DNA of 64,000 nucleotides, from positions 41,332-105,331 of the IMG/VR virus record IMGVR_UViG_3300026097_001200. The stretch is one strand, 5' to 3'. The DNA comes from a virus. Positions 17,543 through 27,056 of this stretch are shown piece by piece. Position 1 is the first letter of the stretch. Every line of letters starts with the position of its first letter. The notes below the pieces were generated by a model, which saw nothing but the letters and a program-made list of their open reading frames with translations, had not been told where the DNA came from and made no database searches. The position numbers and the translations under genes were made by a program.

Positions 17543-19978
17543 ATGCCATATATCATTAATAACACTCGCGGAGAAATTGTTGCTGTCATCCCTGACGGTA
17601 CTACCGACACAGAAGCTACTAGTTTAAGCCTTGTAGGCAAAAATGTTACACCCTACGGCGAAATTGAAACTGAAAATCTTGTAAAACATCTAGAGAATTT
17701 TGCTGACACTAACAGCCCAGAAAATCCACTAGAAGGACAAATTTGGTACGACACTTCAGAAGGCTATATCAAAACCTACACAGGTGTTCAATGGAAAAAT
17801 GTCAGCGGATTATATGTAAGTTCTACCGCGCCGAGTGTTGAGCCAAAAGTAGGCGAGTTATGGCTTGACACTGTTAACTTTCAAGTAAAGGTATATGCAG
17901 AAACAGACAGAGGACTAGAGTGGATTACCAACAACCGGGTGCCGTTCGTGACCAGCGCACCTGACGCAGGGCTAGCCGGAGACTTTTACTTTAACGAAAC
18001 ATCGCAACAGCTTTTTATCAGCGACGGTGCCAGTTGGAGTCTTATTGGTCCGCCGGCTGCCACTGGTTTTCCAGGCACACTGTGGGAGAGTGCTAGTCTA
18101 AGAGATCTCAACGGTGATCCCGAGCCGGTTATTCTTGGCAAGGTTAATAACATTGTTGTAGCTGTGGCTGCCAAAAGAGACTTTATAATTCTACCAGATG
18201 ATCGTCCCACAGGATTTACGGAATTGGTAAAAGGCATGACCTATGCCAGTGATGCTAGCATACTGGGCACACTAGAGCACGGTCTCACTCCTGGCAGTTA
18301 TATATCCGGCAACGTGTACAATGCCAACAGTGCACAAACTTGGAACATCAATGCAAGTACCAGTAGTGTAGCAAACACTGTGGTAGCTAGAGACAGCGCA
18401 GGAAGTTTCAGTGCAAACATTATTACAGGTAACCTTGCTGGCATTGCCAACAATGTGAACGGAATTGTTGCTGTTACAAACGGCGGAACAGGCGAAACAG
18501 TGTACGGCAACGGACAGTTACTGATCGGCGACGATGGCGGTCTTAGCAAAGGTACCATATCAGGGTCCGGCTCAATCACAGTAACAAACACCGCTGGTGC
18601 TATCTCTATTGGGTACAGTGGAGGTACAGGCAACGGCACTGTGAGCAGTGTGGGTATTAGTGCAGGGCCAGGCATTTCAGTGTCAGACTCGCCAGTTACT
18701 GGATCAGGCAACATCACTGTGAACAATACTGGAGTACTTGCTGTGTCGGCAGGCTCTGGCATTGATGTGTCCGAAAGCGGCGGTACTGTTACAATCAGTG
18801 CCACTGGCAGTGGAGTAACCAGTATTAATGCTGGGTCAGGCATAAGTGTATCACAGAGTACTGGCGACGTTACTATCAGTGCCACTGGAGGCGGTGGCGG
18901 TGGCGACGGTGACATGGTGCTAGCAGATGAACAGACTGTCACAGGACGCAAGACATTTACCGGTTATGACAATATTGTAGCAGGTGCATATAGGTTTACC
19001 TATCCAGAGGACAATGGGTTTTGGTATGACACCAACAATGGCAACGCTTATATTGCAGTAGCATTTGAAAACGATACTTCAAGTATTAGATTTTACCGTG
19101 ATGCTTTTCACACCGACGGGGACTCAGACCTTGGACCGCCTCCTGCACGTGGTAGTATTATCACTGCAGCAGATTTAGGGCCGGCTGTAAAAGGAGGATC
19201 TGCTATTCTTGGTGTTACCCACGCCAGTACGCCAGGATTTGGGGTAGGACTTCGCGGACAGGCAGTGAATGCTAATTTTACAGGATGCATGGTACAAAGC
19301 GAAATCGGTGCTTTAAAAGGCAAACCATACTTGCATTTCCGCGGTTATAGTGATGCATTTAGTCCGACTGTAGATGCTGTGTTCACAGTGGACAGCGGCG
19401 GTAATGTACGTTTCGACGGTGTTGCAGCTACACCAGCAGGAGACTATGCAGAATTTTTCGAATGGTCTGATGGTAACCCTGAAAACCAAGACAGAACGGG
19501 CATGTCAGTGGTACTGGAAGGCAACAAGGTTCGCATTGCACAGTCAGACGAAACTCCTGTTGGCATAGTAAGTGCTGTTCCAGGAGTGCTAGGCGACGCA
19601 CCAGAACACAGTTGGCAAGGAAAATATCTCAAAGACGACTTTGGACGTCCTGTAATGCAGGAATATACAATATATTCTTGGAAGGAAACAGTCAACGGTA
19701 GAACACTAGAGCAAACAGCAACCAGTTTAGATGATGTTGAAATTCCCGAAGATGCCGTAGCAACCACGCACGACGAAGACGGACGTCCATTCAAGACACC
19801 AATGGTAAATCCCGACTACGATCCAGAAGCAGAATACAACCCCCGCAGTGAAAGACCAGAGTGGGCACCGATTGGCTTGCTGGGCAAATTAAGAATACTC
19901 AAGGATCAACCCGTGAACCCTCGCTGGATATACATGCGCAACATCAGTGACACTGTTGCAGAATATCTTTTGATATAG
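17543..19978 (+). CDS. tail fibre/spike protein with C-terminal peptidase G2-like (intramolecular chaperone) domain
   Basis: N-terminus is paralogous to 54683..56056 (SL.LVGKN..YGE...EN..HL.E). Gly/Ser/Thr shaft repeats. C-terminal DYAEFFEWSDGN...YNPRSERPEWAPIGLLGKL. Confidence 0.85.
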   Translation: MPYIINNTRGEIVAVIPDGTTDTEATSLSLVGKNVTPYGEIETENLVKHLENFADTNSPENPLEGQIWYDTSEGYIKTYTGVQWKNVSGLYVSSTAPSVEPKVGELWLDTVNFQVKVYAETDRGLEWITNNRVPFVTSAPDAGLAGDFYFNETSQQLFISDGASWSLIGPPAATGFPGTLWESASLRDLNGDPEPVILGKVNNIVVAVAAKRDFIILPDDRPTGFTELVKGMTYASDASILGTLEHGLTPGSYISGNVYNANSAQTWNINASTSSVANTVVARDSAGSFSANIITGNLAGIANNVNGIVAVTNGGTGETVYGNGQLLIGDDGGLSKGTISGSGSITVTNTAGAISIGYSGGTGNGTVSSVGISAGPGISVSDSPVTGSGNITVNNTGVLAVSAGSGIDVSESGGTVTISATGSGVTSINAGSGISVSQSTGDVTISATGGGGGGDGDMVLADEQTVTGRKTFTGYDNIVAGAYRFTYPEDNGFWYDTNNGNAYIAVAFENDTSSIRFYRDAFHTDGDSDLGPPPARGSIITAADLGPAVKGGSAILGVTHASTPGFGVGLRGQAVNANFTGCMVQSEIGALKGKPYLHFRGYSDAFSPTVDAVFTVDSGGNVRFDGVAATPAGDYAEFFEWSDGNPENQDRTGMSVVLEGNKVRIAQSDETPVGIVSAVPGVLGDAPEHSWQGKYLKDDFGRPVMQEYTIYSWKETVNGRTLEQTATSLDDVEIPEDAVATTHDEDGRPFKTPMVNPDYDPEAEYNPRSERPEWAPIGLLGKLRILKDQPVNPRWIYMRNISDTVAEYLLI
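18540..18910 (+). repeat. tandem ~25-aa beta-shaft repeats (V.S(I/V).AG.GI.VS...G.(V/I)TI.A/N) in the tail fibre
   Basis: Copies ISAGPGISVS..G.ITVNNTG, VLAVSAGSGIDVSESGGTVTISATG and VTSINAGSGISVSQSTGDVTISATG. Boundaries approximate. Confidence 0.7.
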
Positions 19979-19979
19979 G

Positions 19980-20008
19980 TTGACACGTCGGGCGTAATCA
20001 ACTATTAT
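19980..20008 (+). promoter_or_regulatory. sigma70-like early promoter
   Basis: AGG-TTGACA-N17-TATTAT(AAT). Confidence 0.8.
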
Positions 20009-20040
20009 AATAAAACATTCACTAAAAAAGGATACGCCCT

Positions 20041-21141
20041 ATGTCCACTTCTACAGAACATCGCAGTGTTACCTCTGTAGGTGCACGTAAACTTATTAAA
20101 AAATGCTTTGCTAAAAAACGTCCAATCTTTCTCTGGGGTCCTCCAGGAATTGGCAAATCTGAACTTGTCGAAGGCATTGCCAAAGAATCAAATGGTCTAC
20201 TATTAGACCTACGGTTAGGGTTAATGGACCCAACAGATGTACGTGGCATGCCCTATTACAACAAAGAATCAGGTAAAATGGAGTGGGCTCCTCCTATTGA
20301 CCTTCCAACTGAAGAACTTGCTAGTCAATATCCAGTGGTAGTGCTGTTCCTTGACGAGATGAACGTTGCGGCACCTAGTGTGCAAGCCGCGGCATATCAG
20401 TTGATTCTCAATCGTCGAATTGGACAGTATACGCTGCCAGACAATGTTGTAGTAGTTGCCGCAGGTAACCGTGAAAGCGATAAAGGTGTTACATATCGCA
20501 TGCCCACTCCGCTTGCCAACCGTTTTGTACACGTTGAAATGCGTGTGGATTATACCAGCTGGTTAGACTGGGCCACTGAGAAGGCTATTCACAAAGATGT
20601 TATTGGTTATATTTCGTTTGCCAAGCAGGATCTCTACGACTTTGATGCAAAAGCCGCTAGTAGAGCATTTGCTACACCACGGTCTTGGACCTTTGTAAGC
20701 GAGCTAATCGAAGACAACGATTTAGACGAGCAAAGCCTAACTGATCTTATTGCAGGCACGGTAGGCGAAGGACTTGCAGTCAAGTTCATGGCGCACCGTA
20801 AGGTTGCAAGTCAAATGCCTAACCCAACTGACATTCTAGCTGGTAAAGTTAAAAACCTGGAAATCAACGAAATTTCCGCAATGTACAGTTTGGTTATTGC
20901 CATGTGTTACGAACTGCGCGAGTCGCTCGACAACGACAAAGTTAACGATAAGCAGTTCCACAAGATGGCAGATCTTTTCTTCCGCTTTATGATGGATAAC
21001 TTTGAAACTGAGTTGGTTGTAATGGGTGCACGAACTGCTCTCAACAACTATCAGTTGCCTGTTCAGCCCACCAAGCTTAAAAACTTTGACGAGTTTCACG
21101 AGCGTTACGGCAAATACATTTTAGCCGCTAACGAATCGTAA
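20041..21141 (+). CDS. MoxR-like AAA+ ATPase
   Basis: Walker A GPPGIGKS, Walker B LFLDE, AAGN, LANRF and TPRSW. Confidence 0.92.
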   Translation: MSTSTEHRSVTSVGARKLIKKCFAKKRPIFLWGPPGIGKSELVEGIAKESNGLLLDLRLGLMDPTDVRGMPYYNKESGKMEWAPPIDLPTEELASQYPVVVLFLDEMNVAAPSVQAAAYQLILNRRIGQYTLPDNVVVVAAGNRESDKGVTYRMPTPLANRFVHVEMRVDYTSWLDWATEKAIHKDVIGYISFAKQDLYDFDAKAASRAFATPRSWTFVSELIEDNDLDEQSLTDLIAGTVGEGLAVKFMAHRKVASQMPNPTDILAGKVKNLEINEISAMYSLVIAMCYELRESLDNDKVNDKQFHKMADLFFRFMMDNFETELVVMGARTALNNYQLPVQPTKLKNFDEFHERYGKYILAANES

Positions 21142-21147
21142 CCAGGT

Positions 21148-21202
21148 CAGGGCCGGTCTGTTAAATAACATAGGGCGAATGTTAGACCGGCCCTGTTTTT
21201 TT
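21148..21202 (+). terminator. intrinsic terminator with a long bulged stem
   Basis: 12-bp stem CAGGGCCGGTCT/AGACCGGCCCTG, inner stem AACAT/ATGTT, followed by T7. Confidence 0.75.
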
Positions 21203-21212
21203 GGAATAAACA

Positions 21213-22340
21213 ATGATTTACGACATACCGCAAGATTTTGTTGGGACATACGATACCACACAAATAGACTTTTCTGCTTGGGCACTAAAAACAATTCAGA
21301 AAAAATGGCCTCATGTAACTGATCTATCTACTATCCATGAAGTTTTATCTGTTAAAGAAATTGCACAAGTAACCAGATATGTACAAGACGAGACTAGTAA
21401 ATGCACAGAATTTATGTCTATGCTGGATCAATTCTTCGCTGATAATGTTTCTCCTTTACTAGACAACAATGACTATCTTGTACAACGCCAGCCTAATCTT
21501 AGATTGGTCATTCCGGATCAAGAAATACACGGACAACGCATTAATTTTCACTGCGATGCTATAGTAGGTGGCGGAAGAGGCAGCATGACTGCATGGATTC
21601 CTATCACTGATGCATACGACACCAATTCTCTGTGGATAGCAGACGTAGATATAAGCAGAGAATTGGTTACAAATTTTATACAAAAGCAATGGACTGCTGA
21701 GAAATTTGATAGTGAATGTTTAAAAGCGGCAAAAAATATTTCGCTACAACCTGGAAAATTTTTATTGTTTGATCAAGAAAGAGTGCATGGATCTATCAAT
21801 AACACTACCAATAAAACTCGTCTTAGTTTTGATGCTAGGTTTCTAGTTAAGGGGCAAGAAACTTATAAAAGAATACCTGGTGGTTATTTTCGTTTACCTG
21901 AGGATTATAAAAGAGATCAAACCACTTTACAGGATTATAACCTGCTGGTATATCTTAATCGCAACACTGAATTTACAAAACACATACCGTTTAACATGCA
22001 AAGAGCATTTATAGACTCTTATTCCAGAAAGAAAAATTTATCAAATGTAAGTGTAGATTTTTTGCCACAACAGATACACGAAGGAATGTTTTTGCACTGG
22101 CTTCCGGGTTTAGAGAATTTTATTCCGTTAAAATTTGATGGAATAATGATGTTGAGTATTTTTGCACTGCCTGATGACAAGACTCGTAGAGAATTTTTAT
22201 GTAATCTTGCTGTACAACACAATAAGAAATTATTTTTTGCCAACGAAGAATTATGCATCGAAACAGCAGAAGATATTGAAAAAATCAATGAATATTATGA
22301 ATACGCAGTATGGCAAGATGGAGATTTTCCCTGGGAATGA
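21213..22340 (+). CDS. 2OG-Fe(II) oxygenase fused to a 'sporadic carbohydrate cluster' LIC12192-like domain
   Basis: N-half: QRQPNLR..P, FHCD, WIP.T, HGS.NN.T..TR.S.D.R. C-half: IP..MQR..I..Y...HE...LP.L...GI.M.SIF.LP...FANE. Confidence 0.7.
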   Translation: MIYDIPQDFVGTYDTTQIDFSAWALKTIQKKWPHVTDLSTIHEVLSVKEIAQVTRYVQDETSKCTEFMSMLDQFFADNVSPLLDNNDYLVQRQPNLRLVIPDQEIHGQRINFHCDAIVGGGRGSMTAWIPITDAYDTNSLWIADVDISRELVTNFIQKQWTAEKFDSECLKAAKNISLQPGKFLLFDQERVHGSINNTTNKTRLSFDARFLVKGQETYKRIPGGYFRLPEDYKRDQTTLQDYNLLVYLNRNTEFTKHIPFNMQRAFIDSYSRKKNLSNVSVDFLPQQIHEGMFLHWLPGLENFIPLKFDGIMMLSIFALPDDKTRREFLCNLAVQHNKKLFFANEELCIETAEDIEKINEYYEYAVWQDGDFPWE

Positions 22341-22600
22341 TACTTAATAGTCAAGTAATACACGTTCCCAAAGAATGGCAAGACTCTTCATTGCCTGCTG
22401 TTGAACGTTATTACAACAACAGTGATGATTTATTAAAACAAAATCTTTGGAAAATACGACAAGAGTTTGGCACCAAAGGCCAACGTTGGTGGTGGAAAAC
22501 TGTTTTTGTAACCAACGATGAAACAAAGACTTTAGAATGGCATGTAAGGTATATCTTTAAGTGCGCACATGATGCTGTGTTATTTCAGCTTAAATATTAA
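22337..22600 (+). CDS. hypothetical protein
   Basis: ATGA-coupled start at 22337. C-terminal FK..HDAVLFQLKY pattern. Confidence 0.65.
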   Translation: MILNSQVIHVPKEWQDSSLPAVERYYNNSDDLLKQNLWKIRQEFGTKGQRWWWKTVFVTNDETKTLEWHVRYIFKCAHDAVLFQLKY

Positions 22601-22622
22601 ACAATATTTAAGAACTATAACA

Positions 22623-22979
22623 ATGAAGTACACTGTGCAACGTCTTGACAAAAGATTCAACTATTTTGAGTGGTTTAAGTATCATATCAGCTTCAGTGCC
22701 CGCATCACTGTGAGTCAAGGACCTTTACATTTTATTGAATCGCAACAATGGTTTACAAACACATATGGATTCAGTGCTGAAATACGCATATGGCAGGAGA
22801 TAAAAACTCACTACGCAATGCGCAATCAATTCAATCTCACATCTGGGCCAGGCGATTTTAGCGACAATTTACCTTTTGCTGTAAATCCTCACTGGAGTTG
22901 GAGTAATGCTTATCGTGATTTACGAATTTATATCGCCGATGATCAAGAACTCAGTTTGTTCAAACTAGCAATAGGTTGA
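22623..22979 (+). CDS. hypothetical protein
   Basis: Start MKYTVQRLDKR. C-terminal RIY...ELSLFKL. Confidence 0.7.
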   Translation: MKYTVQRLDKRFNYFEWFKYHISFSARITVSQGPLHFIESQQWFTNTYGFSAEIRIWQEIKTHYAMRNQFNLTSGPGDFSDNLPFAVNPHWSWSNAYRDLRIYIADDQELSLFKLAIG

Positions 22980-23004
22980 CAGCATAACCAAAATCAACTA
23001 TACT
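22976..23004 (+). promoter_or_regulatory. sigma70-like early promoter
   Basis: AGG-TTGACA-N17-TATACT-ATATACATAG. Confidence 0.8.
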
Positions 23005-23030
23005 ATATACATAGAAAGTGAGGAGCATGC

Positions 23031-24296
23031 ATGTCTACTACAGCCACAAAAGACAAAAACAAACTTGCCGATCTCGTTGGTCCCACTGACCCAGATTTAG
23101 ATAGAGAAGTTCGAGAAATTCTTGTTGGCGCACGTATTGGCATGCTGTTACGTGCCAGCTTCTTTGGCAATCTTGCCACTCGACTCAAGCTAGTAAACGC
23201 CGACGAGTGGTGTCCTACTGCGGCAACAGACGGACGGCATTTTTATTACAACACTAGATTTATCAAGATGCTGAAGCCGCGAGAAGTCGAGTTTCTTTTT
23301 GGACATGAAGTATTGCATGTGGTCTATGATCACTTAGAGCGCACAGGCGATCGCGACAGAATGCTGAGCAATATTGCACAGGACTATTGTGTAAACAGCG
23401 ACCTAAAGAAACACGGTGTAGGCGAGTTTATTACCACTGTGGAATGTTTGTATGACAGCAAGTACGAAGACTGGAGTTTTGAACAGGTCTACGATGATTT
23501 GCTAGAAAATGCAGACGAATCAGCAACACAAAAAATGCTAGATAAAGTGTTAGACGAACACTTGGAAGACATCTTAGATGGCGCAGGCTCTGGACAAGAC
23601 ACCAATGACGAAGGTAAACCTGGACCGGTGAAACTCACAGATGAAGAACGTCAGCAGATCAAAGATGAGATCAAAGAAGCAATGATCAGTGCAGCGCAAA
23701 CTGCCAAAGCTAGCGATATCCCTGGCAACGTTCAACGCATGATTCAGAATCTCACTGAACCTAAGATGAACTGGCGAGATCTTTTGCAACAGCAGTTGCA
23801 AAGCACCATTAAAAATGATTATACATTTTCACGTACAAGTCGTCGCAGTTGGCACATGGATGCTATTTTACCCGGTATGGATACCACAGATGCTATCGAT
23901 ATTGCTGTAGCAATTGATATGAGTGGTAGTATCTCCGAAGAGCAAGGACGCGACTTCTTGAGTGAAGTGCAGGGTATTATGGATACGTTTACTGATTATC
24001 GTATTCACTTGTTTACGTTTGACACACAGGTTTACAATCCACAGGACTTTAACAGCGATAACATATCAGACATAACCGAATATCAATGTCAAGGTTGGGG
24101 CGGTACTAGTTTCGAATGCATCTTTGACTATCTCAAAGAAGCAGACATTGAACCCAAGAAACTGGTTACATTTACAGACGGTTATCCGTTTGGCAGTTGG
24201 GGTGATCCAGACTATTGCGATACTGTTTGGATTATTCACAGCAACGATGATCCAAATCCTCCATTTGGTACCTGGGCCAAATACGAATCACAGTAA
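23031..24296 (+). CDS. DUF2201-type metallopeptidase / VWA-like protein
   Basis: TAATDG, HEVLH zinc motif, MIDAS DMSGS, GGTSF and FTDGY. Confidence 0.9.
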   Translation: MSTTATKDKNKLADLVGPTDPDLDREVREILVGARIGMLLRASFFGNLATRLKLVNADEWCPTAATDGRHFYYNTRFIKMLKPREVEFLFGHEVLHVVYDHLERTGDRDRMLSNIAQDYCVNSDLKKHGVGEFITTVECLYDSKYEDWSFEQVYDDLLENADESATQKMLDKVLDEHLEDILDGAGSGQDTNDEGKPGPVKLTDEERQQIKDEIKEAMISAAQTAKASDIPGNVQRMIQNLTEPKMNWRDLLQQQLQSTIKNDYTFSRTSRRSWHMDAILPGMDTTDAIDIAVAIDMSGSISEEQGRDFLSEVQGIMDTFTDYRIHLFTFDTQVYNPQDFNSDNISDITEYQCQGWGGTSFECIFDYLKEADIEPKKLVTFTDGYPFGSWGDPDYCDTVWIIHSNDDPNPPFGTWAKYESQ

Positions 24297-24337
24297 AAAA
24301 ATACAATACGGGCATACAGGCGGTTAAATAACAAACT

Positions 24338-24586
24338 ATGGAAAACACTGAATCAGAAATCAATCTAAAAGTCGAAGATCTTGCAGTAATCAAGAGTATT
24401 ATTGAAGTAGTAAGCCAACGTGGAGCAATCCAGCCTGACGAAATGTCAACAGTTGGTGTTGTCTACGACAAGCTTAATATATTCTTGTCATCGCTTGCAT
24501 CAGACCCACAAGCAGAAGTGTCCAGGGAACAACCCGAAGCTGAAAAACCAGTTACACGTTCTGCTAAAAAAACACCCAAGGAGTAA
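24338..24586 (+). CDS. hypothetical protein
   Basis: TAAATA 7 nt upstream. DL..I..II.V.SQRGAI...EM..VG..Y.KL pattern. Confidence 0.75.
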   Translation: MENTESEINLKVEDLAVIKSIIEVVSQRGAIQPDEMSTVGVVYDKLNIFLSSLASDPQAEVSREQPEAEKPVTRSAKKTPKE

Positions 24587-24589
24587 AAC

Positions 24590-25231
24590 ATGTTTGTAAA
24601 ACACATCGGTAAACACGGTGACCGAAAGGTTGCGGTGGTGTTTCGTAAAGTGCCAAATGAAGATCACATGGCATTAGTATGTTACACAGAAACATTAAAA
24701 ACAGAAATGCAAGACGCTCTCATGCGAGCCGTAGAAAGTGAGCCAGGGCAACAAGCACTTGACCTGGGCGAAGCACTGCAACGAGCAATGAGTCCAGATG
24801 GACGCCCAATTCTAGAAGTATTGCATGTAGAAGGCAAAATCAAAAAAGTGTCCTGTAACCAAGTAATCATGACACCAAGTCCTAACAACACTGTTAGATT
24901 AGATGAGCTTAATACTATTCTGGATCAACTTGAGCAAGGTGGCGAAGCAGTACAAAAGCTTGCTGAAATTGATCAAAACAGCGGACTGGTTGATCCAAGT
25001 GCACAGCGCAGAGCACAGGAAATTATAGGAGCCGCAAACAACACACTGAATCCAAACGATGGATTATCTGATGAAGCACTTGCCGAAAACTTTGAGAGTC
25101 AAGCGGCAAAAATGGAAGCAGAAGCAAAAGGTCTACTAGAGGAAGCCAAACGACTAAAAGGCGAAGCCAAGGCACTAAAGCCAAAGCGCACTACCACTAG
25201 AAAGAAAAAGACCGCAGATGTATCTCAGTGA
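24590..25231 (+). CDS. hypothetical core protein with C-terminal coiled coil and basic tail
   Basis: AAGGAG RBS, 213 aa. Confidence 0.8.
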   Translation: MFVKHIGKHGDRKVAVVFRKVPNEDHMALVCYTETLKTEMQDALMRAVESEPGQQALDLGEALQRAMSPDGRPILEVLHVEGKIKKVSCNQVIMTPSPNNTVRLDELNTILDQLEQGGEAVQKLAEIDQNSGLVDPSAQRRAQEIIGAANNTLNPNDGLSDEALAENFESQAAKMEAEAKGLLEEAKRLKGEAKALKPKRTTTRKKKTADVSQ

Positions 25232-25520
25232 TGACTTCATTGAACGATGGGAAAGTTTGATTCAAGAAATTGAAGTCACAACTATTCCCATTGAATGTAT
25301 TGCTAAAATTCTACTCAAGCTGGAAGGTCGTCGACAAAAGACTATTAATGTAACAAAATTAGTCAAAGACGGCTTGAGCTACGAGGATGTCGAAGATTAT
25401 GTCAACACCACAATGATCGAACTCGATGACGAGATAACTAGCATGAAGTTTACTCTCAATGTTGAACGTGTTGCAGAAATGGTTCAACCTTTAACAGATA
25501 AATTATTAGAAAAATTATGA
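25218..25520 (+). CDS. hypothetical protein
   Basis: Overlaps both neighbours in the operon. Confidence 0.75.
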   Translation: MYLSDDFIERWESLIQEIEVTTIPIECIAKILLKLEGRRQKTINVTKLVKDGLSYEDVEDYVNTTMIELDDEITSMKFTLNVERVAEMVQPLTDKLLEKL

Positions 25521-26206
25521 ATGTAAAACTTGTAAGTTACAGTCAGCCAAGCTCTGGCTTTTTAAATGAAGGACTAGAAGATGTTCAGGATCTTATTGCA
25601 TTTGCGGCAAGAGTATCTAACCCATCAAATCAACTTAATACTGAGACCTCTGAGCGGTTACTCAACTACCTTGCAAAGCATAAACACTGGAGCCCATTTG
25701 AAATGGTATCTGCTTGCCTAGAGATTGAAACCACTCGCGACATTGCAAGACAGATCCTACGTCATCGATCGTTTTCATTCCAAGAGTTTAGTCAGCGTTA
25801 TGCTGATCCGACAAAAGACCTTGCATTTGAAATACGAGAAGCAAGATTGCAGGATAAGCAAAATCGTCAAAATTCAATTGAATTAGACGAGGACAGTCGG
25901 TATGATACTGAATTGAAAACAGAATGGGCATTGGCTCAAGAACGTGTTATCATTGAATCTAGAAAAGCATACACCTGGGCCATCGAAAACGGCATTGCAA
26001 AAGAACAAGCTAGGGCAGTATTGCCAGAAGGGTTAACTGTGAGTCGCATGTACATGAATGGCACGATTCGTAGTTGGATTCACTATATTGAATTACGTGG
26101 AGACAACGGCACACAAAAAGAACACATGGAAATTGCCCGTGCTGTTGCAAAAGTAATTGCAGATATTTTTCCTTTAAGTTCACAGTATGTTGACTCCTCT
26201 ATATAA
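25517..26206 (+). CDS. thyX: FAD-dependent thymidylate synthase
   Basis: HWSPFE, RHRSFSFQEFSQRY signature, KEQARAVLP and TQKEH. Confidence 0.97.
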   Translation: MNVKLVSYSQPSSGFLNEGLEDVQDLIAFAARVSNPSNQLNTETSERLLNYLAKHKHWSPFEMVSACLEIETTRDIARQILRHRSFSFQEFSQRYADPTKDLAFEIREARLQDKQNRQNSIELDEDSRYDTELKTEWALAQERVIIESRKAYTWAIENGIAKEQARAVLPEGLTVSRMYMNGTIRSWIHYIELRGDNGTQKEHMEIARAVAKVIADIFPLSSQYVDSSI

Positions 26207-27056
26207 CAAAAAACCTGACAGAATATTTGCGTTTGGGTGTAGTTTCACAAGTTACAAATGGTCAATGTGGCCAGAGATTATTCATTATGCCACTGGCATT
26301 CCTACATATAACTACGGTCGTATGGGAGCAACCAATCACTATATTGTGAATCAAATAGTGCTTGCAAACAAGCTGCATAAATTTTCCAGTAATGATCTTG
26401 TGATTGTGGTCTGGACTGAGCCAAACAGACACGAAAACCTGCATAATCACAGCGGAAAATCTTTCTTAAAGTGGGAAAGATACCCTAGCATAGAAATTTT
26501 AGATTATGCGATAGGAAAAATGATTAATCAACTTAACGACGTTGCAACAACAATGTCGTATCTCGATGCTACAAGAGCACAGGTTCATTACTCTTCATTG
26601 AATGATTTCAGAGTAGGTCCTGAAATAGGTAAGTTCCCGGAAAGATCAACCATACTCAAGGTTTATGACAGTGAGGGTGACAGGTTTTTACCGTCGTTTA
26701 ACAATATTGTAAACTTTGATGTACGCGAAAGAGAATTAGAGCTAAAACAAGTATTCAAAGGAAAATTTTTCGATTTGCATCCTTTTCCTAATCAATCTTT
26801 ACGTTGGCTTACAACTTTATTTGACTATGACTTTTCGGCAGTTGAACGTCGAGTGCACGATCATGAGCAGGAAATCATTGACAGTATCAGGAAAGTGGTA
26901 CTAGATCCAGGTTATAGTCCTGGTCCAGAATTTCCTGGAATAAATCCTAAGGAATTACCCGACTCAGTGTTCTTATGCCCAAAAATTAATGCGTACCACA
27001 ATGATATTAGTTGGCATACGATTCTTCGTAACGGCGGCTTACCCACTCCCAACTAA
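26187..27056 (+). CDS. SGNH-fold protein
   Basis: AFGCSFT, NYGRMGATN, VVWT...R and distal DLHP. Confidence 0.7.
   Translation: MLTPLYNKKPDRIFAFGCSFTSYKWSMWPEIIHYATGIPTYNYGRMGATNHYIVNQIVLANKLHKFSSNDLVIVVWTEPNRHENLHNHSGKSFLKWERYPSIEILDYAIGKMINQLNDVATTMSYLDATRAQVHYSSLNDFRVGPEIGKFPERSTILKVYDSEGDRFLPSFNNIVNFDVRERELELKQVFKGKFFDLHPFPNQSLRWLTTLFDYDFSAVERRVHDHEQEIIDSIRKVVLDPGYSPGPEFPGINPKELPDSVFLCPKINAYHNDISWHTILRNGGLPTPN

Noticed and set aside
17986-19794. Antisense ORFs inside the tail fibre (e.g. 18298..18951), and similar short antisense or nested track ORFs throughout
   Set aside because: These are shadow frames of well-supported genes, with no RBS and no recognisable motifs.
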